Under the pieces are notes generated by a model. That model was not told the origin of the DNA and made no database searches. It saw only the letters and a program-made list of their open reading frames with translations. The position numbers were made by a program, and so were the translations under genes. Shown here piece by piece: positions 1 to 8,987 of a stretch of DNA of 64,000 bases (position 1 is the stretch's first letter; every line of letters begins with the position of its first letter). The DNA is from Chloroflexi bacterium CSP1-4 (lineage in GTDB: Bacteria > Chloroflexota > Limnocylindria > Limnocylindrales > CSP1-4), in assembly GCA_001443375.1 (NCBI GenBank), contig LDXM01000006.1, forward strand, positions 18,133-82,132. Reading direction: 5' to 3'.

Positions 1-4
1 CCGC

Positions 5-1858
5 GTGACGCTGGTGGACACGCCCGGCTACGCCGACTTCGTGGGCGAGGTCGTGGAAGGTTTTGCGGCCGTCGACGCGTCCCTGTTGGCGATGGACGCC
101 TCCGGCGGCGTCGAGGCCGGCACCGAGACGGCCATCGCCCTGGCCCGCCGCATGGGCCGGGCCGCGCTCTTCGTGCTCACGAAGTGCGACCGAGAGAACG
201 CCGACCCGAACCGTGCCCTGGACCGGTTGCGAGAGCAGTTCGGCACCAAGATCGCGCCGCTGCAGCTGGCGATCGGCGCCGGCGATGCGTTCAGCGGCTA
301 CGTCGATCTCGTCCACCGCACGGCGTATCGCTTCGAGAAGGGCGCACGTCAGGAGATGCCGATCCCGACCGAGCTGGAGCCCGAGGTCGCCCGGCGTCGC
401 GACCAACTCCTCGAGGCCGCCGCCGAGGCGGATGACGAGGTGCTGGCCAAGTACCTCGAGGGCGAGGACGTCAGCGACGCGGAGCTTGACGCGTGCCTCC
501 ACAAGGGGGTGCGCGAGAGCATCCTGGCACCGGTCGTGGTCTGCAGCGCCGAGCGGCACATCGGCATCGACGGCGTGCTCGACGCGATCATCCGCTACCT
601 GCCCTCCCCCGACGAGGAGGCGCCCGTCACCGCCCTGGACAAGGGAGGCGACGATATCCTCATGGCCGCAGACCGCGACGGCGCGCTGCTCGTGCGCGTC
701 TTCAAGACGACCGCCGACCCGTTCGTCGGCCGGCTCACCTACCTGCGCGTGCTGTCCGGCGTCCTGAAGAACAACGACCACGCCTGGAATCCTGCGCGCG
801 GGGAGGATGAGCGCATCGGCCAGCTCCTGCTCCTCCACGGCAAGGAGCAGGAGGCTGTCGGCGAGATCGGCGCCGGGGAGATCGGCGCCGTGGCCAAACT
901 CGTGTATACGAAGACCGGGGACTCGCTCTCGAGCCGCGAGCGCCCGCTGCGCCTCCCGCCCCTCGAGTTCCCCGGGCCGACGCTGCCGGTGGCCATCGAG
1001 CCGCAGACGAAGGCCGACCTCGACAAGCTGGGCACCGCGCTGGCACGGCTGCTCGAGGAGGAGCCCACGATCCGCCTCGAACGGCCCGTCGAGACCGGCG
1101 AGCAGGTGCTCTACGCGCAGGGCGAGAACCAGATCGCCGTCATCGGCGAACGCCTGAAGCGCAAGTTCGGGGCGGCCGTGGTGACCCGGCAGCCGCACAT
1201 CCCCTACCGCGAGACGATCCGAAGCCGTTCCAGGGTCGAAGGCCGCTACAAGAAACAGACCGGCGGGCACGGCATGTTCGGGCACGTCTGGCTGGAGATC
1301 GAGCCGAATAACGGCGGCGGTGTCGAGTTCGTCGAGAAGGTCGTCGGCGGCTCCGTGCCCAGGGGCTTCTTCCCCGGCGTGGAGAAGGGCGTGCGCGAGG
1401 TCGCCGCCGAGGGCGCGCTGGCCGGCTACCCGGTCATCGACTTCAAGGCCACACTCGTGGACGGCTCGTTCCACACCGTCGACTCCAACGAGCTCTCCTT
1501 CAAGATCGCCGCCTCGATGGCCACCAAGAAAGGTATCCAGGATTCGAACCCGGTGCTCCTCGAGCCGATCATGGACGTCGTGGTGCGCGTGCCCGAGCAG
1601 TACATGGGCGACGTGAACCGCGACCTCAACACGCGGCGGGGCCGCGTCCTCGGTCTCGACAGCGAGGACGGGATGCAGGTCGTGCGTGCACAGGTGCCGA
1701 TGGCCGAGCTGCCGACGTACGCGACCGAGCTGCGCTCGCTCACCCACGGCCGCGGCTCCTTCAGCGCCGAGCTGGCGACCTACGAGGAGGTGCCGGCGCA
1801 CATCGCGCAGAAGGTCATCGACCTGCACCGCAAGGAACTCGAGGCTGCCGGCCACTAG
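5..1858 (+). CDS. elongation factor G family GTPase (N-terminus truncated by window edge)
   Basis: ORF begins inside the G domain (DTPGYADF = G3 motif) and continues through EF-G domains II-V. About 85 aa including G1/G2 lie upstream of the window. Not in a visible rpsL-rpsG-fusA-tuf context, so possibly an EF-G paralogue. Confidence 0.8.
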   Translation: MTLVDTPGYADFVGEVVEGFAAVDASLLAMDASGGVEAGTETAIALARRMGRAALFVLTKCDRENADPNRALDRLREQFGTKIAPLQLAIGAGDAFSGYVDLVHRTAYRFEKGARQEMPIPTELEPEVARRRDQLLEAAAEADDEVLAKYLEGEDVSDAELDACLHKGVRESILAPVVVCSAERHIGIDGVLDAIIRYLPSPDEEAPVTALDKGGDDILMAADRDGALLVRVFKTTADPFVGRLTYLRVLSGVLKNNDHAWNPARGEDERIGQLLLLHGKEQEAVGEIGAGEIGAVAKLVYTKTGDSLSSRERPLRLPPLEFPGPTLPVAIEPQTKADLDKLGTALARLLEEEPTIRLERPVETGEQVLYAQGENQIAVIGERLKRKFGAAVVTRQPHIPYRETIRSRSRVEGRYKKQTGGHGMFGHVWLEIEPNNGGGVEFVEKVVGGSVPRGFFPGVEKGVREVAAEGALAGYPVIDFKATLVDGSFHTVDSNELSFKIAASMATKKGIQDSNPVLLEPIMDVVVRVPEQYMGDVNRDLNTRRGRVLGLDSEDGMQVVRAQVPMAELPTYATELRSLTHGRGSFSAELATYEEVPAHIAQKVIDLHRKELEAAGH

Positions 1859-1870
1859 GACCGGCGCCGC

Positions 1871-2596
1871 TCACCCCGCCGTGGCGGTCAGGGCCATCGC
1901 GAGATCCAGGCGCCCCTCGTAGAGGGCGCGTCCCAGGATCGCCCCGTCGCAGCCCGCATCCGCGAGCCGACGCAGGTCGTCGATCGTCGTCACACCGCCC
2001 GACGCGATGAGGGTGGCCTCCGGGGCGGCCGATCGGAAACCCCGGTACAGGTCGAGGTCGGGCCCGCCGAGGAGCCCGTCGCGCTCGATGGCGGTGACGG
2101 CCAGGACACGCAGGCCCGCGGCGATGAGGTCGCCCAGCACCTCGAGCGCCGGTCGGCCCGCGGCCCCCTGCCGCCAGGCCTCGCCAACGACGCTCCCGGC
2201 GCGCACGTCGAGGGCGGCGACGATGCGCTCGACACCGTGGCCGGCGACGAGCCGGGATGCGAACCCCGGATCACGCAGGAGCGCCGTGCCCAGCACGACG
2301 CGATCCGCGCCTGCCGCGAGCGCCGCCTCCACACTCGCGGCGTCCCGCAGGCCGCCGGCGACCTGACAGGGCACGCCGGCCCCCGCGATCACCCGCGCCA
2401 CCAGGTCCGCCTGGACGGGACGGCCCTCACGCGCGCCGTCGAGGTCGACGATGTGCAGGCGGGTCGCCCCCTCCCCCACCCACCGCCGGGCGATCAGCAG
2501 CGCGTCGTCGCCATACGTGGTCTCGCGCGCGAAATCGCCCGCCACGAGCCGCACGACGCGGCCTCCGCGCAGGTCGATGGCGGGGATCAGCTCCAC
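1871..2596 (-). CDS. hisA: 1-(5-phosphoribosyl)-5-[(5-phosphoribosylamino)methylideneamino]imidazole-4-carboxamide isomerase HisA/PriA
   Basis: N-terminal IPAIDLRGG and (beta/alpha)8 HisA signature along 241 aa. GTG start. Divergent from the rest of the his operon. Confidence 0.85.
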   Translation of the reverse strand: MELIPAIDLRGGRVVRLVAGDFARETTYGDDALLIARRWVGEGATRLHIVDLDGAREGRPVQADLVARVIAGAGVPCQVAGGLRDAASVEAALAAGADRVVLGTALLRDPGFASRLVAGHGVERIVAALDVRAGSVVGEAWRQGAAGRPALEVLGDLIAAGLRVLAVTAIERDGLLGGPDLDLYRGFRSAAPEATLIASGGVTTIDDLRRLADAGCDGAILGRALYEGRLDLAMALTATAG

Positions 2597-2610
2597 GGGT
2601 TGACGGGCCG

Positions 2611-2660
2611 TGCAGTCATCTGATAGCGTTGTACCATGCTACAACGATACCATGACTGCA
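2611..2660. promoter_or_regulatory. 50-bp nested palindrome in the hisA / yerC-hisG divergent intergenic region (candidate operator or RNA hairpin)
   Basis: Perfect 9-bp inverted repeat TGCAGTCAT...ATGACTGCA (2611-2619 / 2652-2660) enclosing a 26-bp near-palindrome TAGCGTTGTACCATGCTACAACGATA (2624-2649, 22/26 symmetric). TTGACG hexamer at 2599-2604 just upstream. Confidence 0.5.
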
Positions 2661-2685
2661 CGTCCTTCCGGTCGAGGCGCCCCTG

Positions 2686-3003
2686 ATGCGCGAGTTCGAG
2701 GACTGGCGGACCCCGGCCACGGGGGATCTCCTGGACGCGATCCTGGCCCTCCCCGACCGAGACGAGGCCGAACGGTTCCTGCGCGACCTGTGCACGCTGC
2801 GTGAGATCCACGACCTGGCGCAGCGCTGGCAGGTCGTCCGGCTGCTCCAGGAAGGGCTCCATTACGCCGAGATCTCGGGTCGCACCGGCGCGAGCACGGC
2901 GACGATCACCCGCATCGCCTCCTGGCTCCACCACGGGACCGGCGGCTACAGGGCCGCCCTGGCGCGGACGAAGGGCCGGGCGGCCACGGCGACCGGTCGA
3001 TGA
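2686..3003 (+). CDS. TrpR-like / YerC-YecD family DNA-binding protein
   Basis: 105-aa ORF with TrpR-family helix-turn-helix region (HYAEISGRTGASTATITRIASWL). Stop overlaps hisG start (ATGA). Confidence 0.7.
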   Translation: MREFEDWRTPATGDLLDAILALPDRDEAERFLRDLCTLREIHDLAQRWQVVRLLQEGLHYAEISGRTGASTATITRIASWLHHGTGGYRAALARTKGRAATATGR

Positions 3004-3863
3004 CACCGGATCGCCTGCGCCTGGCCGTCCCCAACAAGGGCCGGCTGCTCGAGCCGACCCTGCGCCTCCTGCGCGACGCCGGGCTCGAGTTCGAGGACCA
3101 GTCGCGCGCGCTCGTCAGTCACGCCGAGAACGTGCCGCTCGACATCCTGCACGTTCGTACCGAGGACATCGTCGAGCTGGTGGGCGACGGCGTCGCCGAC
3201 CTCGGCATCACCGGTACGAATCTGCTGGCGGAGGCCGACGTCCAGCTTCCCGTGCGCCTGGAGCTGGGCTACGGCCGTTGTCGTCTCGAAGCCGCAGTCC
3301 CGGTTGACGATGAGGCGGTCTCATTCGAGCAGCTCGCCGGCCGGCGCCTGGCCACGAGCCACCCTGCGACGACGCGACGCTTCTTCGGCGAGCGCGGCAT
3401 CGACGTCGCCATCGTGCCGCTCAGTGGTTCCGTCGAGGTGGCGCCCCGTCTGGGCCTGGCCGAGGGGATCGTCGACCTCGTCTCCACGGGCTCGACACTG
3501 ATCATGAACGGGCTGCGCTCGGTCGGCTGTCTGCTCGAGAGCCAGGCCGTGCTGGTCGGCCGGCCCTCGGCCGTGGCGCGACGCGACGCCACGGTCGACG
3601 AGGTCGTGACGGTGCTCGGCGCGGTCGTCGCCGGCCGGCGCCGGAAGTACCTGATGATGAACGCACCGCGCCGAGCGCTCAGCGCCATCGAGGCGATCCT
3701 GCCCGGGCTCGCATCGCCGAGCGTCATCCCGCTCGCCCACGACGACATGGTCGCCGTCCACGCCGTGGTCGAGGACGCGGACGTATGGCGCATGCTCCCG
3801 CCGCTGCGCGCGGCCGGGGCGTCGGGCATCCTCGTGGTGCCCATCGAGAAGCTCGTCCCGTGA
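3000..3863 (+). CDS. hisG: ATP phosphoribosyltransferase, long form
   Basis: 287 aa. Catalytic HisG domains plus C-terminal regulatory domain. First gene of a chain of overlapping his genes. Confidence 0.9.
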   Translation: MTPDRLRLAVPNKGRLLEPTLRLLRDAGLEFEDQSRALVSHAENVPLDILHVRTEDIVELVGDGVADLGITGTNLLAEADVQLPVRLELGYGRCRLEAAVPVDDEAVSFEQLAGRRLATSHPATTRRFFGERGIDVAIVPLSGSVEVAPRLGLAEGIVDLVSTGSTLIMNGLRSVGCLLESQAVLVGRPSAVARRDATVDEVVTVLGAVVAGRRRKYLMMNAPRRALSAIEAILPGLASPSVIPLAHDDMVAVHAVVEDADVWRMLPPLRAAGASGILVVPIEKLVP

Positions 3864-5200
3864 GCGTCGCCTTCGCGCGCCTCCGCCGCGTCCGCCTGGC
3901 CGACTGCTCCGTGACCGAGCGCGCCGCGCTCGTCGAGCGCAGCGCGAGCGCCTCGTCGGACGTGCGGGAGGGCGCCCGTGCGATCGTCGACGAGGTTCGG
4001 CGCGGCGGGGACGCCGCCCTGCGCGCGGCGAACGCCCGGTTCGGCGGTGGGCTTGCCCCCAGCGCCGGCGTGCCGGCACCGCTGCGCGTCTCCGCCACGG
4101 AGCTGGCCGCCGCCCGGGATGCCCTGCCCGATGTTCTGCGGGACGCCCTGCTCGCGATGGCCCGCAACATCGAGGCCTTCCACGCCGTCCAGGTGCCGCC
4201 ACGCGAGCAATGGGTCCAGGTCGCCCCGGGCATCCGGGTCGGGCGCGCCTGGCGAGCGCTCGACCGCGTCGGCGCCTACGTCCCCGGTGGCGAAGCCTCC
4301 TACCCCTCGTCACTCCTCATGAGCGCCATCCCGGCTCGCCTGGCGGGTGTCCGGGAGCTGGTCGTGGCCAGCCCCGCCGGGCGCGACGGACGCGTCTCAA
4401 CGGCGCTCCTCGGCGCCGCGGGGCTCATGGGCGTCGACGAGTTCTACGCCATGGGCGGAGCCCAGGCCATCGGCGCCCTGGCCCACGGCACGGAGAGCAT
4501 CGGGCCTGTGGACCGCATCGTCGGTCCGGGCAACGCCTGGGTGACGGCGGCCAAGCTGGAGGTCCTGGGCACAACCTCGATCGACTTCCCCGCCGGTCCG
4601 TCCGAGGTGATGGTCCTTGCCGACGGGACCGCCGAGCCGGCCCACGTCGCCGCCGACCTGCTCAGCCAGGCTGAGCACGGGCCCGATTCGGCTGCCGTCC
4701 TCGTGACCACCTCGCCCGTCCTCGCCGACGCCGTCGAGGCCGAGGTCGCCCGCCAGCTGCCGGCCCTGCCTCGCCAGGCGTTCCTGCAGGCCTCACTGGC
4801 CTCGGCCGGCCTCGTAGTGGAGGCAGCCGACCTCGACGAAGCGCTCGACTTCGTCAACGCCTACGCACCGGAGCACCTGTCGATCGTCGTGGCCCGCGAT
4901 GATCGGGCGTTCGCGGCGGTCCGGCACGCGGGCTCCGTCTTCCTCGGTGCCTGGGCGCCCGAGTCGGCCGGGGACTATGCGACGGGATCGAACCATGTCC
5001 TGCCCACCGGCCGCCTGGCGCGCGCCTACGGTGCGCTCGGCGTGGAGTCCTTCGGCAAGTGGGTCCAGGTGCAGCGGGTGACGCGCGAGGGCTTGGCCGC
5101 CATCCGGCACACGGTCGCGGTCGTGGCGGAAGCGGAGGGCCTGACCGCCCACCGCCGCGCCGTGGACATCCGCTTCGAGATGGGAGACGCCGCGCCATGA
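3860..5200 (+). CDS. hisD: histidinol dehydrogenase
   Basis: Conserved HisD core (GPGNAWVTAAK, SQAEHGPDS). Start placed at GTG 3860 overlapping the hisG stop. The ORF-track Met at 3785 lies inside hisG. Confidence 0.85.
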   Translation: MSVAFARLRRVRLADCSVTERAALVERSASASSDVREGARAIVDEVRRGGDAALRAANARFGGGLAPSAGVPAPLRVSATELAAARDALPDVLRDALLAMARNIEAFHAVQVPPREQWVQVAPGIRVGRAWRALDRVGAYVPGGEASYPSSLLMSAIPARLAGVRELVVASPAGRDGRVSTALLGAAGLMGVDEFYAMGGAQAIGALAHGTESIGPVDRIVGPGNAWVTAAKLEVLGTTSIDFPAGPSEVMVLADGTAEPAHVAADLLSQAEHGPDSAAVLVTTSPVLADAVEAEVARQLPALPRQAFLQASLASAGLVVEAADLDEALDFVNAYAPEHLSIVVARDDRAFAAVRHAGSVFLGAWAPESAGDYATGSNHVLPTGRLARAYGALGVESFGKWVQVQRVTREGLAAIRHTVAVVAEAEGLTAHRRAVDIRFEMGDAAP

Positions 5201-6297
5201 CCGATGCCGCCCGCCGCACCGGTACCACCCAGGTCTACACCTGGGAACCCTCCAACCAGGCCATCGCCGCGCGGTACGGCGTGCGCCCCGAGGATGTCGT
5301 GCGCTTCGACACGAACACCTCGCCGGCCGAGCCGGCCGGGCTGGCCGGCGCGCTCGCGGGGCCGTTCGACCCGAGCCTCAACGAGTACCCCGACAGCGAG
5401 TACGCGGAGCTCACCGCGGCGGCCGCCGCGTACACGGGCGTCGACCCGGGCGAGATCGTCGTCGGCGCCGGCGCCGACGAGGTCCTCGACATCATCGCCA
5501 AGACCTTCCTGCCGGCCGCCGGCGCGGCGATCGTGCCCATCCCGACCTACGGCATGTACGGTGTCCTGACATCGCAGCGTGCCGCCCGGGCGATCGCGGT
5601 CCCCCGGCGCGGGACAGACGGCGCCTTCGGGCTCGACCTGGATCGCCTCCTCCCCCTCCTGGCCGAGGCGCAGGTCGTGTGGCTCGCGGTGCCCAACAAC
5701 CCGACCGGCGCGGATGAGCCGGAGGCCAACCTGCTGGCGCTCCTCGACGCCGCCGCGGCGCTCGGGCCCCAGGCACCGGCGATCGTCGTGGACGAGGCCT
5801 ACCACGAGTTCACCGGACGGACGGCCATCCCGCTGCGCGACCGCTATCCGCATCTCATCGTCGTGCGCACGCTCTCCAAGGCCTTCGCCCTGCCCGGCAT
5901 CCGCATCGGCTATGCCGTGGCCGCCCGCGCGACGATCGCGCGCCTCGAACGCGTCCGGCCGCCGGGCAGCGTCTCCACGGTCTCGGCGACCATCGGCGCG
6001 GCGGCGCTGCGAGCGCCGGCGACCGCCGTCGAGAATGTGCGGCGGCTGGTCGAGGAACGGAGCCGCTTCGCCGCCGCGCTCACCGCCGCCGGGTGGACGC
6101 CGCATCCCTCGGTCACGAACTTCCTCCTCGTGCGCATCGGCAGCCACGAGCAGGCCGAGGAAGCCGCCGAGCGGCTGCTGCACCGCGGCCTGGTGCCGCG
6201 CACGTTCGGGCCGGCCAACCCGCTGCGCGGCCACCTGCGCCTGACGGTGCGCTCCGCGGCCGAAAACGCGCGGCTCGTCGAGGCCATCGGCGCATGA
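5197..6297 (+). CDS. hisC: histidinol-phosphate aminotransferase
   Basis: Class II aminotransferase with the PLP lysine in TLSKAFALPGIRIGY. ATG 5197 overlaps the hisD stop (ATGA). Confidence 0.85.
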   Translation: MTDAARRTGTTQVYTWEPSNQAIAARYGVRPEDVVRFDTNTSPAEPAGLAGALAGPFDPSLNEYPDSEYAELTAAAAAYTGVDPGEIVVGAGADEVLDIIAKTFLPAAGAAIVPIPTYGMYGVLTSQRAARAIAVPRRGTDGAFGLDLDRLLPLLAEAQVVWLAVPNNPTGADEPEANLLALLDAAAALGPQAPAIVVDEAYHEFTGRTAIPLRDRYPHLIVVRTLSKAFALPGIRIGYAVAARATIARLERVRPPGSVSTVSATIGAAALRAPATAVENVRRLVEERSRFAAALTAAGWTPHPSVTNFLLVRIGSHEQAEEAAERLLHRGLVPRTFGPANPLRGHLRLTVRSAAENARLVEAIGA

Positions 6298-6914
6298 GCG
6301 GCACGATCGGTCGAGCGCGCACGGCCGAGGTCCGCCGCACCACGCGGGAGACCGACGTGACCGTGCGCCTCGACCTCGACGGCATCGGCACGGCCGACGT
6401 GCGCACCGGCGTGGGCCTCTACGACCACCTGTGGACCTCGTTCGCCCACCACGCCCTGGTGGACCTCGCCGTGGCCGCGACCGGCGACCTCGAGGTGGAC
6501 GAGCACCACACGGTCGAGGACGTCGCCCTCGTCGTGGGCAGTGCCCTCTCGCAGGCGCTCGGCGACCGCTCCGGTATCCGCCGCTTCGGCGACGCGTCCG
6601 TGCCCATGGACGAGGCGTTCGCGAGCGCCGTCGTGGACTGCTCCGGGCGGCCGTACGCCGTGCTCGACCTGGCCTTCCGCGGCGAGCGGATCGGCGCCCT
6701 CTCGACGCAGCTCATCGAGCACGCCCTCGAGGCGTTCGCGCGCTCGGCCGGCCTGACGCTCCACCTCCGCGCCGCCGGCCGCAACGACCACCACGTCGCC
6801 GAGGCCGCCTTCAAGGCGCTCGCGCTCGCCGTGCGCGAGGCCACCGAGTCCGATCCGCGGCGCAGCGGCATCGCCTCCACGAAGGGGACCCTCGACCCGG
6901 GGTCCGCCACGTGA
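6294..6914 (+). CDS. hisB: imidazoleglycerol-phosphate dehydratase
   Basis: 206 aa with the duplicated HisB motifs (RTTRETDV, DxHH, HHxxE). ATG 6294 overlaps the hisC stop. Confidence 0.9.
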   Translation: MSGTIGRARTAEVRRTTRETDVTVRLDLDGIGTADVRTGVGLYDHLWTSFAHHALVDLAVAATGDLEVDEHHTVEDVALVVGSALSQALGDRSGIRRFGDASVPMDEAFASAVVDCSGRPYAVLDLAFRGERIGALSTQLIEHALEAFARSAGLTLHLRAAGRNDHHVAEAAFKALALAVREATESDPRRSGIASTKGTLDPGSAT

Positions 6915-7528
6915 CCCCGGTGCGCGCGGCGGTCGTCGATCACGGCGCCGGCAACCTCGTCAGCGTGCGCGCCGCGCTCGAGGCGGCCGGAGCCGTCGTC
7001 ACCATCGCCAGCCGGCCCTCCGGCCTGGCCGGCGTGTCGCTCATCGTGGTCCCGGGCGTCGGCGCCAGCCGGCCGGCCATGGCGCGGCTGCGCCGGAGCG
7101 GGCTCGACGACGCGATCCGCGCGTCGCTCGACGACGGCGCCTGGTACCTCGGCATCTGCCTCGGCCTGCAACTCCTCTTCGAGCGCTCCGAGGAGGACGG
7201 TGCGGAACTGCTCGGCCTGCTCGGCGGCACGGTGCGCCCCATCGTCGGCGCGCCGCGGCTGCCACACATCGGCTGGAACGCCATCGAGCGTCGCCGCCGC
7301 CACTCCCTCCTCGAGGGCATCCCCGATGGAGCCGCCGCCTACTTCGTCCACTCCTTCGTGGGCGTCCCCGACGACCCGTCGGTGGTCCTCGCCCAGACCG
7401 AGCACGGGGGGCGCTTCCCGAGCGTCGTCGCGTCGGGCCGGCTGCTCGGCACGCAGTTCCACCCGGAGCGTTCCGGGAGCCGCGGGCTGCGCCTGCTCGC
7501 CAACGCCGTGGCCCTCGCGGGCGCCTGA
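6911..7528 (+). CDS. hisH: imidazole glycerol phosphate synthase, glutamine amidotransferase subunit
   Basis: Class I GATase with the catalytic Cys in LGICLGLQLL and the C-terminal HPE triad. GTG 6911 overlaps the hisB stop. Confidence 0.85.
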   Translation: MTPVRAAVVDHGAGNLVSVRAALEAAGAVVTIASRPSGLAGVSLIVVPGVGASRPAMARLRRSGLDDAIRASLDDGAWYLGICLGLQLLFERSEEDGAELLGLLGGTVRPIVGAPRLPHIGWNAIERRRRHSLLEGIPDGAAAYFVHSFVGVPDDPSVVLAQTEHGGRFPSVVASGRLLGTQFHPERSGSRGLRLLANAVALAGA

Positions 7529-7531
7529 GCG

Positions 7532-8308
7532 ATGCTGCTCCGTCGCGTCATCCCCTGCCTCGACGTGGCCGGCGGCCGCGTCGTGAAGGGCACGCGCTTC
7601 GTGGACTTGCGGGATGCGGGGGATCCGGCCGAGCTGGCGGCCCGCTATGCTGCGGCCGGTGCCGACGAGATCGTCCTCCTCGACATCACCGCCGCGCCGG
7701 AGGGCCGCGCGACGCTGCTGGAGCTGGTCGAGCGGACCGCGCGGCGGCTGTTCGTGCCCCTCACCGTGGGCGGCGGCGTGCGCTCCACGGCGGGCATGCG
7801 AGCGGTGCTCCGCGCCGGCGCCGACAAAGTGGCCGTGAACACGGCCGCCATCGCCGACCCGGGACTCATCCGTCGCTGCGCGCGCGTCTTCGGGCGGCAG
7901 TGCGTCGTCGTCGCCGTTGACGTGCGGGCCGTGTCGGCGGACGGCGGCTGGGAGGTGCTTGCCCGCGGCGGCCGGGACGCGACCGGCCTGGATGCCGTGG
8001 CCTGGGTTCGCCGCGCCGCCGGGCTGGGGGCCGGTGAGATCCTCCTCACGTCGATCGACCGCGACGGCACGCGCTCGGGGTTCGACCTGGACCTGCTGCG
8101 CGCCGTGACGGCGGTCGTGGATGTGCCGCTCATCGCGTCGGGCGGTGCGGGCACGCCCGCCGACATGGTGGCGGCCATCGTCGAGGGCGGCGCCGACGCC
8201 GTCCTCGCCGCGTCGGTCTTCCATCGCGGCATCCACTCGATCGCCTCGGTCAAGGCCGCCCTGGCGGCCGCGGGCGTGCCGGTGCGGCCCGTGGAGGAGG
8301 CCGCCTGA
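7532..8308 (+). CDS. hisF: imidazole glycerol phosphate synthase, cyclase subunit
   Basis: HisF (beta/alpha)8 barrel: [19 protein letters not shown]. Confidence 0.9.
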   Translation: MLLRRVIPCLDVAGGRVVKGTRFVDLRDAGDPAELAARYAAAGADEIVLLDITAAPEGRATLLELVERTARRLFVPLTVGGGVRSTAGMRAVLRAGADKVAVNTAAIADPGLIRRCARVFGRQCVVVAVDVRAVSADGGWEVLARGGRDATGLDAVAWVRRAAGLGAGEILLTSIDRDGTRSGFDLDLLRAVTAVVDVPLIASGGAGTPADMVAAIVEGGADAVLAASVFHRGIHSIASVKAALAAAGVPVRPVEEAA

Positions 8309-8985
8309 TGGCCGCCGCCCGAGTCGTCCCCCGCTGGGGCGCGGATGGGCTCGTCCCGGGCATCGTGCAGGACGCCGCCGATGGTCGGGTGCTGATGCTC
8401 GGCTGGCTCGACGCGGAGGCTCTCGCCGCGACGCTGGACAGCGGCCAGGTCCACTTCCACTCCCGCTCCCGCGACCGGCTGTGGCGGAAGGGCGAGGAGA
8501 GCGGCAACGTTCTGCGGCTCGTCGGGCTCGCCCTCGACTGCGACGGCGACGCGCTCCTGCTGACGGTGGAGCCGGCCGGCCCCGCCTGCCACACGGGCGA
8601 TCGCTCCTGCTTCGATGCCGGGCTCGCCCACGGGCGCACGGCGTTCGCCGCCGGGACGCCGCAGGGCTTCGGCTGGCTCGAGACCCTCTGGGCGACCATC
8701 GGCGATCGAGCCGAGCGGATGCCCCCGGACTCCTACACGACGAGCCTGCTGCGCGGCGGCGTGGACGCCGTGGCGCGCAAGGTCGCCGAGGAGGCGGTCG
8801 AGGTCGTCATCGCGGCCAAGGACGACGCTCATGCGGAGGCGGCCGATGCAGATCGCCCCTGGGCCAGTGCAGCGCTGGCCGGCGAGGTTGCCGACCTGCT
8901 GTACCACGCGCTGGTGCTGTGCGCCCAGCGGGGCCTCTCCCCGAGCGCAGTGCTCAACGTCCTCCGCGGCCGCCACGCGGCCTGA
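8308..8985 (+). CDS. hisIE: bifunctional phosphoribosyl-AMP cyclohydrolase / phosphoribosyl-ATP pyrophosphatase
   Basis: N-terminal HisI signature ([17 protein letters not shown]) fused to a C-terminal HisE MazG-like domain. ATGA overlap with hisF. Confidence 0.85.
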   Translation: MAAARVVPRWGADGLVPGIVQDAADGRVLMLGWLDAEALAATLDSGQVHFHSRSRDRLWRKGEESGNVLRLVGLALDCDGDALLLTVEPAGPACHTGDRSCFDAGLAHGRTAFAAGTPQGFGWLETLWATIGDRAERMPPDSYTTSLLRGGVDAVARKVAEEAVEVVIAAKDDAHAEAADADRPWASAALAGEVADLLYHALVLCAQRGLSPSAVLNVLRGRHAA

Positions 8986-8987
8986 GC

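Noticed and set aside
3269-4313. Long minus-strand ORFs (3269..4210, 3321..4313, 3724..4233) antisense to hisG/hisD
   Set aside because: They lie opposite well-supported his genes. Their amino-acid composition (Arg/Pro/Ala/Gly strings) is typical of stop-poor alternative frames in 70% GC DNA. No motifs were seen.
5026-8236. Minus-strand ORFs 5026..6234, 5910..6794 and 6419..8236 (up to 605 aa) across hisC-hisF
   Set aside because: They are antisense to the conserved his operon, have low-complexity Arg/Gly-rich translations and no recognisable domains. They are high-GC frame artefacts.
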